The notes below the pieces were generated by a model that did no database searches, was not told the origin of the DNA, and saw only the letters and a program-made list of their open reading frames with translations. Below are positions 29,701 to 42,200 of a DNA stretch of 64,000 nucleotides, piece by piece. Made by a program: the position numbers and the translations under genes. Within the stretch, counting starts at the first letter, position 1, and each line of letters opens with the position of its first letter. The stretch comes from Amphiscolops sp. MND2022 (Eukaryota). The DNA is taken from assembly GCA_964187785.1 (NCBI GenBank), contig OZ076409.1, positions 3,102,001 to 3,166,000 of the forward strand, written 5' to 3'.

Positions 29701-32700
29701 TAGTGCCCTAAATGCAGGAACGAAGCGAAGCGGAGCGACGTGCCATACGGCTATGCCCCAATGTTGCTACTTGGCGAAAGAAGCGAAGCGACAAAGCCAT
29801 ACTTCAAATATGCAAATTTTTTCGAATAAATCAAGTTCCAACATAATAGCTGTAACAGCACTAAAAGCTAGTAATTTGAGTTCTGCTGTATGGGACCAAA
29901 TGTTCATTTTCTGCTGTATGAATAGGTACCAACTATAGAATTGTCGGGTTCTCTAGATCTCTTTATCTGAATCTTGTGTAAAAGAAAGATGCCCAATACT
30001 GTATTTTATTTGGCGTAACACGGTCAAGTTTTTTCACCAGACTGATGGAAAAGCAAACTGTGTATACTAAACTAAACATCAAAGTGAGCAATGCATATTT
30101 GTCAACAGGAGTGACACTGGCGACGAAGTTGTTCGATTCAGCTAAGTCAGAACTAACCGCTTTTGTGCAAAAACGGAAGGCATGTAAAAACACCACCCCC
30201 TGTTTTGAGAACCACTTGTTCGATCGCGTTGGAATTTAGCATGCATATTAAGTGATTTGGGCTTTTTTCGGAACCCTACGTAAAGGAGGAGCATGGACGC
30301 TGTGTAAATAAAACCCGAATGTTATGTAAATTGCCACCAGTTGACCCGAGGATCATGAAATTTACATAAGATGGTCACCTACCAACCCTAAGCAATATAC
30401 ATGGAAGATACTTTAATCGGTCACTGATGCTCGGAGTAATGCTTGTTTAAGACACACGGGACCGAACGTGCGGGCACGACCGATAAATGACATTTGAACT
30501 TGGCTTGTAACACCTCAAATGAACCGCAATGATGAACGTAGTGGATTTTTAACGTGAATGAAACCGTATTGGTTAGCCATGCGGTGGTAATCGGCGTAAG
30601 TAAGCAAACGGTACGCATATCATGTAACTCGGGAACCATTGACCCTAGAAACAATATAACCTGGCACGTAGCAACTTTGGATGAGGACGAATAACTTCAA
30701 GGTCACGGAAGAACCTCAAGATCATTTCAGGGGGTGACCCCTAAATACATGGAAAACGTAGCTTAAGACATGTAAATCAGTGCCTTTGCACGATAATTTA
30801 TGCAATTCAGTCAGGCGAGGCGATTCGCGATGCACCATACTTAGTTTGATAAGAAGTACCTCAGAAAGCATGTAAACCATATACTTGGAAGTGATTAAAG
30901 AGAAGAAAGTATTTTGATTTTGATACCCTCCTGACTGACTTTCCTCAGAGACAGAGATCGAGACCGAGACAGAGCCAGAACGGCAGCCACCACGCGATCT
31001 GCTTACTCCGGCTTCACCAGAGGTAAGCTATCAAGGAGCCCTTTTCTCTAATTCACTCCAGCTAGTAGCTCTTACCATCCGACAATTATGACTATAAAGT
31101 GAAAATCCAGATTATAAATCTCCAAAAATCATTTGTAGACCTCAACTTTTACGCTTTCCAGTGGCAGTTCAATTTTAGGTTACCATTCACTCAGTGAATT
31201 TTTAACATAAAATGAACATCCAGAATATATACCTCCAAAAATCATTTTCAAGAACCCAAACTTTTGTTATTTTAGCCCCTTGTAACATTTGTTGTTGACG
31301 ATTTCAGTTCAAATCAACAATTTTATATATTAAACAAGGCAGATCTAATTATCGGAAAAATAACAAAAAGTTCTATGTTGGGGAAAGGATGATAACTTGA
31401 AAGGATGATAACGGGAAAGGATGATAAATCGAGCTGCGCTTTTTTCCCTCTAAACTTGCCATGTTCCAAAGTCATATCCAAATTAAAGAATCTCGTCTAG
31501 AATTTGACCACTTTAAGTTTTGTGCGATAGGTATTCGTAGGGATCTTTGAACTTCTGTGATAATGACCGAAACGACACAAATAGTAAAAAAAACTAGTCG
31601 AACGATTTTATGGGTTAGACTTTCCAAGTAGTTCCATGACGAAAACAGCTAAGTAGGAAGGAACTTTTTCGAAGCGGAATTCGGGGAGTTTTGATTTAAA
31701 AAGGTCAAATTGACCTCCAAATTAGTTGAAAATTTCGAGAAAAAAAACAATTCAATCGCAAATTTTGGGCAATTTTTGAATAACTTTGACAAAATAGAAC
31801 ACTCAAAGGGGTGAAGAGCTAAAAACCAGCCAAAAGGTACGCTTTTACCAAGGCAAACTTGTAAAGTATTAATGAGAAAGTGCCTTAAACGGACCCAAAA
31901 AGACCCAAAAATTTGTAAGTTTTGCAACCTTTGACAATTTAGTCAACATTTGTACATTTTTTCACCATTTCGAAAAGCTAGAATAGAACATCCCGAAGTT
32001 CAACAGCGAGCAAGCAAACTGTCTTGTACGCTCCTACGAAGCGCAATCCAATGTTTCTGAAATGAAAGGCCTCTCAGAATTACCCCATAAAGCTAAAAAC
32101 TCCTTTATTTGATTAGTTTGGACATATTTTGAGAAGTTTTCGAACTTTTCGCGAAGCTCAGTCACCCACAGAGCTCGAAGACGAAACCAAAAGACTTGCA
32201 CTCGTTTGTAACGAGAAGTGTAAAGGTCATGCTGCATTAAAAAAACTCCTCAAAAGCGAACCAAAAAAGACAAAAGTTTTCATTATCAACCATCACGTCT
32301 TTGAGTGTTTTGAAGAAGCTAACCATCAGGATTGTAATGACAAAAAAATGATGTTTTGTGTTCCAAGAATCCATACAAAAAACGGCCAACTTTTTCACAA
32401 ATTGACTGTTTCAAGTAACTTTCAAACGATCAATCATTCGAATAAGTTTCACGATTAAGGTAAATTAGCGAATACCGAAGCTTCCCAGTGTAAAATATCT
32501 TGAAACGCTTGCCAAGATATTGGATTTTCCCGCAAATTCCTGTTACCTCTTGAAACCCTTGATAAGATCTTGTTTATTCTAGCTTGACAGAAAACTCTTG
32601 AAATTCGTGATAGGAATCTTGGTAAGAGTCTTATCAAGAGTGTTAAGAAAATAAAAAACTTGTAAAACAAACAAAAATTTTGTTTACAAGTGTTTGCTGT

Positions 32701-35700
32701 TGTTCGCACTACCAAGCTACATTATCATTTTTTGAAGTATTGGATATAAGACAACACAAAGTATTGAAATTCAGAACATGATAGTTTGGTTGGTAGCGCG
32801 AACAGCCGTGGTAGAATAGGTACGCTGATCAAGCTGAAGTTGGCGTGGGTTTTTGTTTGTTTTCATTCACTTTTGTTAGCTTTTCTTGAAACTCTTGGCA
32901 AGATTCTTGGCATTTCTTGCATTTTCCCGGATTTCTTGGCAAGATTCTTGGCGTTTCTTGGATTTTCTTGGATTTCTTGACAAGATTCTTGGTTTTCCTG
33001 GAAAGTTTTTTGTACTAAAAACACTTTTTCTGCGTTTTTTCAGTCAAAAAAATTAGGCATTTTTCTTGAAGTTCTTGGCAAGATCTTGCAAGATCGTACA
33101 TATTCTTGGCGCTCTTGGTAAGAATCTTGTCAAGATTCTTACCAAGGGTTTCAGGAAACTGCGACATTCTTGACAAGAGTTTCAAGATATTGTACACTGG
33201 GTTAGAAGAGAAAAAGTGTACACTGGGTTTTCAAATTCTACTGAAGTTCGTTTACCTGAGGTGTTCAAAGTGTGAGCGAAATTCCATCAAGCTATACCGG
33301 ACGTTTCTCGGCACAGCTAACGCAAAGTAGAAACAAACGAAATAAATTTGTGGTTTTTTATAGCGAATACAGTTGAGTTTCTGTGTGGGATTTCAAGAGA
33401 TGAAGCGAACGTGTGTTGATAAATCGTACACCGAGAACTTCGCCTGCATTGTAAAACGAATGCGAAACTTCGTCTACGCTTATTAGTTATATTTTCTTTA
33501 GTCCGAGAAGAACTAAAGGCGGTGTAAATTGAAACAATTAATAGTTTTGCGCGAGTAAAGGGATGAGCAGGATTGTATTTTAATTTGATACATTCAACGA
33601 TTTTACTATTAAACTTTGAAGCTAGTGTTTACTGTATCCTAAAGTAGAAACGATACTGTGCCCCACAGGAGCCTATTTTGGTATTCACCGAAGGTAACAA
33701 TCAACAAGACCTTCTGTACGTTTTCAGAAGAAATAGATTGTGTTTTTGGTTCTAAAAATGTCCCCAAACGCACACAAACAAAACAACTCCATACTTTAGC
33801 AAATTACCATACATTTTTAGAAGTTTTTGGTGGGTAGATGTAATCAAAGTCTTCGGAGATACATCAATAGCCACATTAAAAATACATTAAAAAATACTTT
33901 GAAAGATACATTAAAAATCCACAGCATTTTTTTTCAAAAAAAGACAGCTGAAGTTAGATTTGGTAATGATGCGAAATTCCCATTTCAGAACCAACGAAGT
34001 TTCAAACGTTTCATGATTTTCTGGGTAGTTTTTGTATGGTATTGTTCGTCTAAATACCAATTTAACTCATTTACGAAAAATTGCCTCCTAAATATACATT
34101 ATTGGAAAGAACATTCATGCAGCGTTTTTAAAAGAAAGACTTGAAATGAAACAAATGTCTAATAATTTGGTTTCTCTTTTTCTAGATCATCTTAAATCAA
34201 TGTTCACTCCTTTGATACTCTTATTCGCCATCAATATTTCCAAATGTTCTCATTCATCTTGATTATAATCGAACTATTGAACTCTTTGATACTGTTCTGA
34301 ATGCGCCTGGTTTTTATAAAAACTCTATATGGAAAATTCGTTTCCAACTCCAATATCTTGACTAAAGTTCAGTCCTAGTGAGAAAAACCTAACTGCCTCG
34401 CCTCGTATCTTTCTGTTTGGCAGAAATCGAGCAATTATTTTATCAAATATTAAGTCCTTCACTGAGTGCTTCATTGCATTTCAATTGCCATTGTTTTTTT
34501 CAAAAACAGTTTTTCGACAGTTTTATTCCCTTTTACACTAAGTAGCAAAGATTGTAGAACAAGATTCGGATGCTTCCAGTGATCTTTGCTAGGTTTGTAC
34601 TTCTTTTGCAATATTGAAAAATGAGATTGCTTTGAAAATACTGCTGAATATGAAACATTTGCTTTCTAGTCTTTCATGAAACGAAGTTTTCATCAGAAAC
34701 TTTCACGTGGAAATGATAGATAAAGGTTTTGAAGTTTGTTAGGAACTATTTGGAGTGGGAAAACATTACAGGGCCCCCGAGAGGGCCAATTTTTTCAGTG
34801 AAGTTTTCATTGCAAAGGTAAATAAAAAGAACAGCATTTGACCCTTTTTCTTTTTTCCGTTTCAGGTCCAATAGATGACCCCGACGGAGATGCTGACAGT
34901 AGGATCATGAACTTGGGTCAACAGAGTTTGACCTCCCGCCAAATCGGTGAAATGGTCAGCAGGTCAGAACCCGTTTGAAGCTTTCTTTCAAATTTTGAAT
35001 TGTAGTTTTTGATGATCTTGTCGTTTTTCGCCTTCTTATCAATCCGATCGTAGTCACTGAAAAAGTTCTACAATGAGTCTGAAATCTAAAGGATCCTCCA
35101 TTTCATTTTTGAAAACATTTTTATTGTAATTTGAAGGCTAGAGGTGTTATCCCCGCTTCGTGTGACCTTTTTCGACAGTTTTTATTCCGTTCACAAAATA
35201 GTTTCTAGTTAGCAAATCTTTTTCCAAACCCAAAAGGTCTTCCCTTCAAATATGTTTCGGAACTGTGAGACATTCAAAAACAGTTTCTTACTGTTTGGAG
35301 TACTTTTGCGCTTTTCAAGATTTAAACATGGCGCCGATTCATACCACCAATTCTAGCTTATTTTCCTCTAAAAAGTAACATGAAAAACCTCTAAATCAAA
35401 CATGGATTCAAGCGCCCCTAACTCTCATGAAATGGTCGCAACTTTGGTGCGTTTTGTGTCATTTGACCTCTTGAACGTGACCTTATCTCTTTTAGGTTAA
35501 CGACCCCAAAGTCCCGACCCCGCATGCAGCCCCTGAACATTAGACGCGTGACCAGAAAGCCGCTCTCTGCCCTGGAGATAGCTAGTATCACAGAGAGACT
35601 CAACAAACAGGATGAAGCGGTCGATGCCAGGAGAATATACACTCCCTCCCAGAGGCGATTCGGCATCGTCAACTCCTTCCTGTGGAAGGGGTGGAACTGA
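11728..35700 (+). CDS. Host gene, ~276-aa uncharacterised protein with repeated M/L-x-x-x-E-(L/I)-x-x-x-x-x-R-L motifs; predicted exons 11728-11838, 12205-12380, 29301-29468, 30949-31022, 34866-34962, 35496-35700
   Basis: GC-richer exons with GT-AG boundaries and matching phases (0,2,2,1,2). Total 831 nt is an open frame ending ...GIVNSFLWKGWN*. Internal repeats MSQVELEMLTNRL, MTTKERSDVTERV, MTAEELNQSIMRL, LTSRQIGEMVSRL, LSALEIASITERL. The start codon and the exon-3 donor are uncertain. Confidence 0.7.
12401..12610 (+). repeat. ~35-bp minisatellite (about 6 units) containing AGGTCAAAAGGTCA
   Basis: Unit CTGTTAAGGTCAAAAGGTCAACCAAAACCAACACA repeated directly, starting about 20 nt into intron 2 of the host gene. 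Confidence 0.9.
13206..21498 (-). CDS. Polypeptide N-acetylgalactosaminyltransferase-like (GT27) protein with ricin-B lectin domain, probably catalytically inactive; exons approx 21498-~20650, ~18885-18705, 17240-17026, 15889-15676, 13476-13206
   Basis: N-terminal TM anchor and stem; TSIVI; EARNRA..GKIVVFIHAQSE..WLEPLL; PIKTP..IGGYDP; R|CWLCGGDIYVVPCS; ricin repeats CLD..YPCHG, KCLEV..QWDY, KCLSV..QKW. The last three junctions are phase-consistent, one with an AG|GCAAG GC donor. The exon 1/2 junction is unresolved. Confidence 0.8.
13549..13870 (+). repeat. 43-bp tandem repeat, about 7 copies
   Basis: Unit TTCTTACAAGATTCTTGCAAGACAGTGCATTTTTCTGCCAGGT; CAGGT ends at 13590, 13633, 13676 and 13719. 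Confidence 0.95.
14050..14935 (+). mobile_element. 5'-truncated LINE fragment (RT C-terminal region)
   Basis: INSNKTEYICF...VEYLGVYLDQNL, then LSHLQYS-like and FFKRTLPFWNTLP motifs typical of CR1/L2-type RT tails; in-frame stops. Confidence 0.75.
15053..15490 (-). mobile_element. Family A non-autonomous element copy
   Basis: Reverse complement of the family A termini (TTTTTAGTCGGCGC ... GCCTTAGATATAGCGCCGAC...CCCGTCTTGT). Confidence 0.7.
15964..16692 (+). mobile_element. Family A non-autonomous element copy
   Basis: ACAAGCCGAGAACGGCCAAAGTCGGCGCTATATCTAAGGC ... GTCGGGCACATTTTCTACTAAAATGCGCCGACTAAAAA. Confidence 0.75.
17460..17990 (+). repeat. Dispersed repeat family B; inverted copy at ~22625-23002
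   Basis: ACCAGAGACGCATTTGTGGTAAAGGAGT at 17460 matches the reverse complement of ACTCCTTTACCGCACATGCGACTCTGGT ending near 23002. Internal sub-repeats are shared. Confidence 0.7.
19012..20343 (-). mobile_element. Two family A copies (19012-19493 and 19818-20343)
   Basis: Same conserved termini and internal GGGTCCCCCTTT sub-repeats as the other copies. Confidence 0.7.
21543..21948. mobile_element. ~400-bp MITE-like element; second, inverted copy at 26116-26524
   Basis: Terminal inverted repeats GGCTCTTTTC...GAAAAGAGCC. The internal sequence aligns in reverse with 26180-26510. Confidence 0.65.
23281..24095. mobile_element. Foldback/MITE-like element with terminal arrays of ~15-bp GAAATTTCGTCGTCA units in inverted orientation
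   Basis: Tandem GAAATTTCGTCGT units at 23283-23400; reverse-complement units CGACGAAATTTC at 24025-24095. Confidence 0.65.
26620..28174 (+). mobile_element. Solo LTR (1555 bp) with 5-bp TSD ACTAC, inserted in a family A element
   Basis: ACTAC|TGTCGC ... CTTACA|ACTAC (TSD 26615-26619 and 28175-28179); TG..CA termini. Family A sequence resumes after it, to about 28613. Confidence 0.85.
27625..28174 (+). pseudogene. Gag-N-terminus-like ORF inside the solo LTR, with one in-frame stop (27817-27819), running off the LTR end
   Basis: ORFs 27625-27819 and 27919-28188 are in the same frame (offset 294). The helical, charged product reads up to the terminal CA. Confidence 0.6.
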
Positions 35701-36227
35701 ACTAGATAAAAGAATGTATACAACTGTTAAAATTGTTAAAAGTGATATTTTCCTGAATGAGAAGAAAAACACATTTGCTAGAGAGTTGTTCAAGCAAGAA
35801 AGAATTCAGCAAAAACAGTTTAGTCTTGTAAGAAACTGACAAAAAGGGTTGCTTGTAGGAGTTTTCCAAGATCTTGAATCTATCTGGCAAGTTCTTAGAA
35901 TGTCTGTATACATCAAATTACAGAGCAACGGAAATACTAACATTTGTATCAATTGATAAGACTAATAGCTCAAGGTCCATCACATTTAAGAATTTTTCAA
36001 ACAACCAACTAAAATCGATCATCTTGAATAATTTTCCGCCATGAATTCTATTTTCCATGATTTGCCAGAACATTGCTCATGATTCGATATTACCGAAAAT
36101 TTTTCTGTTTAGAGAAAAACTCTTCTGATCTGTTTCTTTTTTGGGTGTCAGGGCATTTCGTCCTATACAATTTCCACCTATGCAATTTCAACCGTTGTCA
36201 TTTCAACCGCTCACAGTTTCAACCTAT

Positions 36228-36456
36228 TGTTGTATTCTCGATCTCTACGGTAAAAACGGGTGTGTATTCTAGAAAGTAAACTATATCTCCTTTCGTATTA
36301 ACTGTACTTTGGTTTCTCAATCTAACATAATGGTATATAAATAGCACAACATAAATAGACAGCGTTTAGAGTTTGTTTGTAAATAATGTCAGTCTCTATG
36401 TCTAGGTCCGTATGTTACGGTGCACGTAGAGGTCACGACGTTTGTATGATGTCACA
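36228..36456 (-). repeat. 3' LTR (229 bp) of a decayed Gypsy element, with adjacent PPT (36457-36466)
   Basis: TG..CA termini; minus-strand GGAAGAGGGA immediately precedes the LTR; located downstream of the integrase remnant. Confidence 0.65.
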
Positions 36457-39400
36457 TCCCTCTTCCGGAGTGGTCCGGTGAAGGTTTGTTGTGTCATCTT
36501 GTTGGACCGTATCAGACGGATTTCATCATCGTCTTTCCGTATTAAACGGTTGCTCCCTTCTTCACTTCTCTCCACTATTTCCGTTGCTGTTGCCTGCAAT
36601 AAATAACCGTTGTTAGTTAATTTTCTCTTAATATTATTTGTATAATACGGTACTCCGCCTGGTTTTTCGGTTTGTTTTGCGAACGGTAATCTATTTGATC
36701 TTCTAACCGGTTCAGTCGGTTTTATTGTGTGTTTTTCTTTTTATATCTACCTTGTTCCGGGGTTAAGTTGTTTTCTTTTGGGAGTAGTTGCAGTTCATCG
36801 TCTATGTTTGTATGTACTGGCTTTCCCTCCGACTTGGTGTGTTTCGTTCCTGACATGGGCGTTTGGATTTTATTATTGAATTTACTCTCTAAGGAGCCTT
36901 TTTTGTAGTGTTTCTCAACAAATTTGAAAGGATAGTCAAATTTGTTCGTACTTACCGAGTTAGTCGGTGTCTTTGTCTGCGAGAAAGTCATGCCTCGCCT
37001 GAATTTCGGCTCCACCGTCTTTTTCTTGGACATGGCCAAATGATCCGTTATCTCTCGGGATGAGTTCCGGGTGATATATACTGAAAGATCCTTGGAATCC
37101 ACTGAAACAGAATTTTTTAAATAGGATAATCTGGTTCTCGGTGCACGTCCGAAGTGGGATTCGAAGGGGTTAATCTTAGTTTCCGATTGTATTGTGAATC
37201 TTAGGACGTATAGTGCTCTGTTAACGCTTTCGCCGACATTTTGGTCGTCTTCTACGTTAGCCAATACTAAATTCTTTAGTGATTGAATGGTTTGTTCAAC
37301 CAATCCGGTGCCAGTATGTAGTGTGGTTTCCGTGGCGATAACTATGTCATCAATGTATGCCATTACCATGGTTCACAATTTTTGTAACGCTCGAGTTATC
37401 GCCCTCTGAAATGTGACAGGAGCATTTCACTTGCCAAAAGGCATGCGCCTACTATCAGAATCCCAGTTCACAGGCAAAGGCTGTTTTCTGCATATCAGTG
37501 TTCCTCACAGGAATCTGCCAGAAGGCCCACGCCAGATCGATGCTAGTGTACATCTTGGCCTTGCATAGCCGAGCTAAGCTTTCGTCAATTCGTGGTAGAG
37601 GATACGCGTCTTTGATAGTTACCTCGTTTAACATGCGGAAGTCGCAACGAAAGTGCAACTCCCCGTTCGGGTTCTTAACCATCACAATACCACTAGCCCA
37701 AAGTGATAGAGATGGTTGAATCATCCCGAGAGCTAGAAGGTTACGCACCTCCTGATTGGCACATTCTTTCTTTTCAGGGAACATCGTAGGGTACCTTCGT
37801 GGTGCTGTGTAGCCTCTGACTCCATCTCAACGGGGTATTTCGCAATGGTAAAACGACCAATGGCGGCCTTGTGCTTCATAAACATGTCATCAAATTCAAT
37901 CAAAATGTAACTTAAGGAAGCGCTTGCTGCAGAGCCCGCAAGTCCTTGACATCCTGGAGCTCGGACTCTGGCCCTGGTATGGGAGCCATCAGCATGGGAT
38001 CGATGCGCTTTCTCTTTTCGCGATCTGATAGACCCTCCTCACTCGGATCAGTGGAAATGATAACTCAAATTCACAAGAAGAATGTATTTCAGACTTCGTA
38101 TCTAATTTAACAGCTTCGTAAACTTTATAAACAAATTTAGAGTGGTCTTTTCCGACTTCACTTTTTACATCGCAAGCTTCTGTGGGATGGCGCGGTATAC
38201 CAACGCCACAGGTACAACAGTGCCCAAGTGGGTACCACCGTGCACATGCTGAGGGTTACTCGTGAAGTTTATGACGCTAACAAAGAAGTGCCCTGTTTCT
38301 CCGATAGCAGCGACACAGTCCTCTAAAAAGACAACATGTTGCAAAGACGCGTCGGCAACAGGCGTGTTCGACACGACATTTTGAGGAATTAGTGGTTCTA
38401 AGTTGTTAGTGACAGTAGCACGGACAACCGTTCTCTCAAAAGGTTGTAGTTCAGAGCGATCTTGACCACTAAATCGGGATCACCAATCTGAGTACGAGTG
38501 TGATGCCAAACAGGATTCACGGGCACTCGCACCACGATCTTCATGGCGGTCAGGTCAACCAAGACTTGATATGCCCTCAAGAAACTTCGGCCTAGGAAAA
38601 AAGCCTCGACTCCCATGGCGTGATCCACGACCACAAAGTTGGTAGCTGACCAATAGCCACCTTGTTGGAAGCGCACACGCTCCGCCATGCCAAACGTTTT
38701 GACAGTTTTACCATTAGCTGCATACAAGTAAACCCGATAAGGCTTCAGCATCGCCCTGGTCTGGACGCGATTGAAAGCAGAGGACGTTAATATAGACACT
38801 CCCAAACCTGTCCCTATTAGCCCTCATAAAAGAATTGGTGCTGCGTCGGTGTACCTGATTGGTTGTTCAGCCGAGTGCAATATTAGCACACGATCATCCT
38901 CTGAGGGTACCGTCTGAGCAGCGACACGAGCCGTGTCCATTTCGGACCAACGACTGTAGGCAATGTCTTTGCTCACGGGGATTTCTATACCCTACGAAGC
39001 TACGTGATCAACCATTCCGCAGTTCTTACTGAAACGTACCCCGGAGGAGTTATTCGCAACACGTTCTACAAAATCCTCAATGGTGGCCTTCACGGCTACA
39101 TTGGGTTCAGGCGAAACCGCAGGTTTGCGGGCCCGATCGCGGTTAGGACATTCACGAGCAAAGGGACCTGTTTGTCCACAACTGGCGTACGCACAACAAC
39201 AAGTGTTGCAGCCACAGCAAGCACAGGTGCATTGCTGGGCGCATGAGGAGGTGACAACACCTCTTGCAGAAGCACCATCTTGTTAGGTGGTAATGGAACG
39301 AAAGGATGAGTATTGGACCTCATAGCATATCGGGGATCATAAGACTGTTTCGGGCGATTTCTCTGTAATTGACGAGTGGTGAACCTCAAAGTTTCCCCAG

Positions 39401-42200
39401 TTGGCGCGTGCAGTTACAGTGGCTTCAGAAGCGTAAACGATAGACAATTCACGTCGCAGAGTAGGATCACGATTTCCTTCTATAAAGCACTTCAGGATTT
39501 CATAACGTTTGGTAGTGATAGGCTCAAACCCTTCCAAGGCATCCAAATTTTGCATCCAGTCATCTTTCTCTAACTGGTAACGGGAAATGAAGGCCTGCCG
39601 CACTTGCATGCGGTTACCTCCAGTATTGAACCGGCTTGCCATTAATTCGAATACTTTCTCTGGCGTGTCACGTTCGGACTCTGCCTTGTTGATGATATAA
39701 TTCCGCTCCTCACCTTCCAGAAGACCAATGATATTCCAAGATTTGTCTTCAGGAGTTGCTTTGACTTCAGTGCGCTGCAAATACCGGCGCAATACCAATA
39801 TTCATCCATCGATAGAGCCTTCTTTAGACCAACGTTACATAGTGGGCCTGGCCTGCGTTGGATCACGACCAGCGAGAAGAGGAGCGATTTCCTTGGACAT
39901 CGCTCTAAATATTGCCGTGGTAAACCGCAATTGTTTAGGGGAGATGTCATTGCCATCCTCACTGCACGCAGGTGAACTGTCCCTGCTTCCCTTGGTGGCC
40001 TGAAGAGATAAGTCCCCCACCAAACGTTTTTTACGGGTGCAACTAGCATAATGGTTGCCCGCGGACATCCCCTCACCAACAGTTGTGTACAAAGAGCTCT
40101 CCTCAGTCACATGTGCACTGCACGAGCAGTGTCGAAGTTATCATCTTCCACACTATTGGCGTGAGATCTAGCGATAGCTTTGATGTCAGTGAAGTCTAAG
40201 GAAGATGAATTCAAGGTTATTGGATTCCCTCCCAAGTCCTGGGTACGTGTCACCAGAATTGTCTGCGAGGGCAGTAGCATGGCACGTGACGTGCTAGGTT
40301 TACATATAACTTGTATCCGCGCAAGTCTCTTGGTTACCTTTGGCGGTTTGGGGGCTTTGATTACAGTTTTAGCGCCCAGTTTCAGCGTCAGAGGACGACC
40401 AGTGGTAAGCGGGCATCACCTTAATATCAGTGTCTCTTCTAGCCGCCGCACTCATCGCATTGATCCGGTCTTGAGCTCGGTTACTTGTACCTCCATGCGC
40501 AACTCACGTTGAAGTAGTAACCATTTCATCTCATGCAACCGGTAACCCATAGCGTCCACTTTCGCAGACTGCACGGTTTGCTGTTGGTTAGTAGCACGCC
40601 TGCTGTCTTTCACGGAACACTGTACTGCCTCAATTTCGAGGGCGACTGCCCTGTGCTGTTCGCCGCACACCGCACGGGTTTCAGCTAGTCGTGGTAATTG
40701 TCGTTTTGCCACCGTCTCAGCCTCTAACACGGCTGTCCTTTCTGCCGCAGCCTCCTCCACGGCTCGATAAGCCGAAGATGGTCGTGAAGAAGCTACGGAG
40801 GTGGCACCGTCCCGAACCGAGGGCGCATTTTCATCTTGCACGCACAATTTTGGTGGTCGCAAGCGATACCTGGCATAATTCATACCACCAACGTAATAAG
40901 TCATACTTTCTAATATGGCATCAGTGTCGTTGCTGCCTGGACTACTGGCCTCATCGGGTGCTCTCGAGCACCCTTAAGCTTCTCTTTCAGCAGTTACATT
41001 AGGGTTGGGCCAGAAGTCTTCGGAGCTGGCACGAAGTGACAAAGTTAGTCTGCCGGCGTATCCTGAGTCCACTGCTAAGTACGAATTCACTCGTCATTGC
41101 TCCTCTTTCCTTTGCTGTTCGGTAGTCACCCGATCAGACATTGCACCTGAAAAACGGGAACCAGTCTTTAACGACTTCGGAGACCGCCGCTTCTGCAGAT
41201 TCAAGTTGCCATTGCTACCGGAACTTTCACGTTGCACCGAGCTCAATTAACATATTTCGTTAGCTTCTACCGCTTCCGGCGTCACAGATTCAGTCAATGT
41301 CGTGTTGCCATCAGAACGTTGATACAGTACTTGCCCATAACATTTTGCAGGCTTTACTGCGTGCCCAACACGTCAATCACATAAGTGACGACCACAAATG
41401 GTACTGACAAGCTCAAATCAGCGTCACGGGTGCCACTTCTAGCGCAGCACTTGATCAGCAAATCACCAATCCGTGCTCGCAGGCACGCTTGAAACCGTTT
41501 AGGACTATCGCTAAGACTGACAGAGACCTCAGATGGTTGGGAGTCGTTTCTGTGAGACCTTAAGACACAAACTTAATATACATGTCTCAAATGGATTGAA
41601 TTTACTTCTACGGGTCGTAGCGAACTCAAACTCACTCACGCAATCGTTACCAACCCACAAAATTGGAAAATTAACTTAATTCAAAGCCACACTTTTACTC
41701 AGACAAGCTCGAGACGTTTTTGACAACTTTTGAATTTTCTCGGATGGTATAAAAAACACATGTGGCTCGTATTTGCCACCAAATAGTCGGATCTGGCTCA
41801 AAAGTGACCAGGTACCCTGCGCCCTCGCAGGTACACTGAACTGAGCACCAATTTGGGCTACGAGGCTTGTACACCATTTCACCCAGACGGTACAGACCTA
41901 CGGTACCCCTATGTATCCGTAGGAGGCGAATTGCACTCTCATCATGCAATTCCCAAGTACCGTTATGAGCTAGTGGTCTGGTTTTTTTCAGCAACGATGC
42001 GTCAACCAGCACAAGGTACAACGGTGGGCTGCAAGTCGTCTCCACTTTTTGGCGGAGGTGTTCAAGTACTTCCAAAAAAATTCGCGAAATACGCCTTTTT
42101 GCACCTCTTTTTGTGCGGTCTGTTTTTGTCAATTTCTGAACAAATGCTGCACTAATTGGCACCAACTTTACTAGGCGGTGCTAGTGGGCACCCACACTGT
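36228..42200 (-). mobile_element. Decayed Ty3/Gypsy sequence: gag, protease, RT and integrase remnants with frameshifts and an internal deletion
   Basis: Gag-like 39337-40904; protease-like 38398-38805; RT 37455-37784 (WASGIVMV, DAYPLPRID, SIDLAWAFWQI); YIDD fused directly to the integrase tail (GLVEQTIQSLK..PFESHFGR). Right boundary approximate. Confidence 0.8.

Noticed and set aside
32500..33200. Coding ORFs or a distinct novel element
   Set aside because: Degenerate TCTTG/CAAGA repeats related to the 13.5-kb repeat; no supportable gene or element boundaries.
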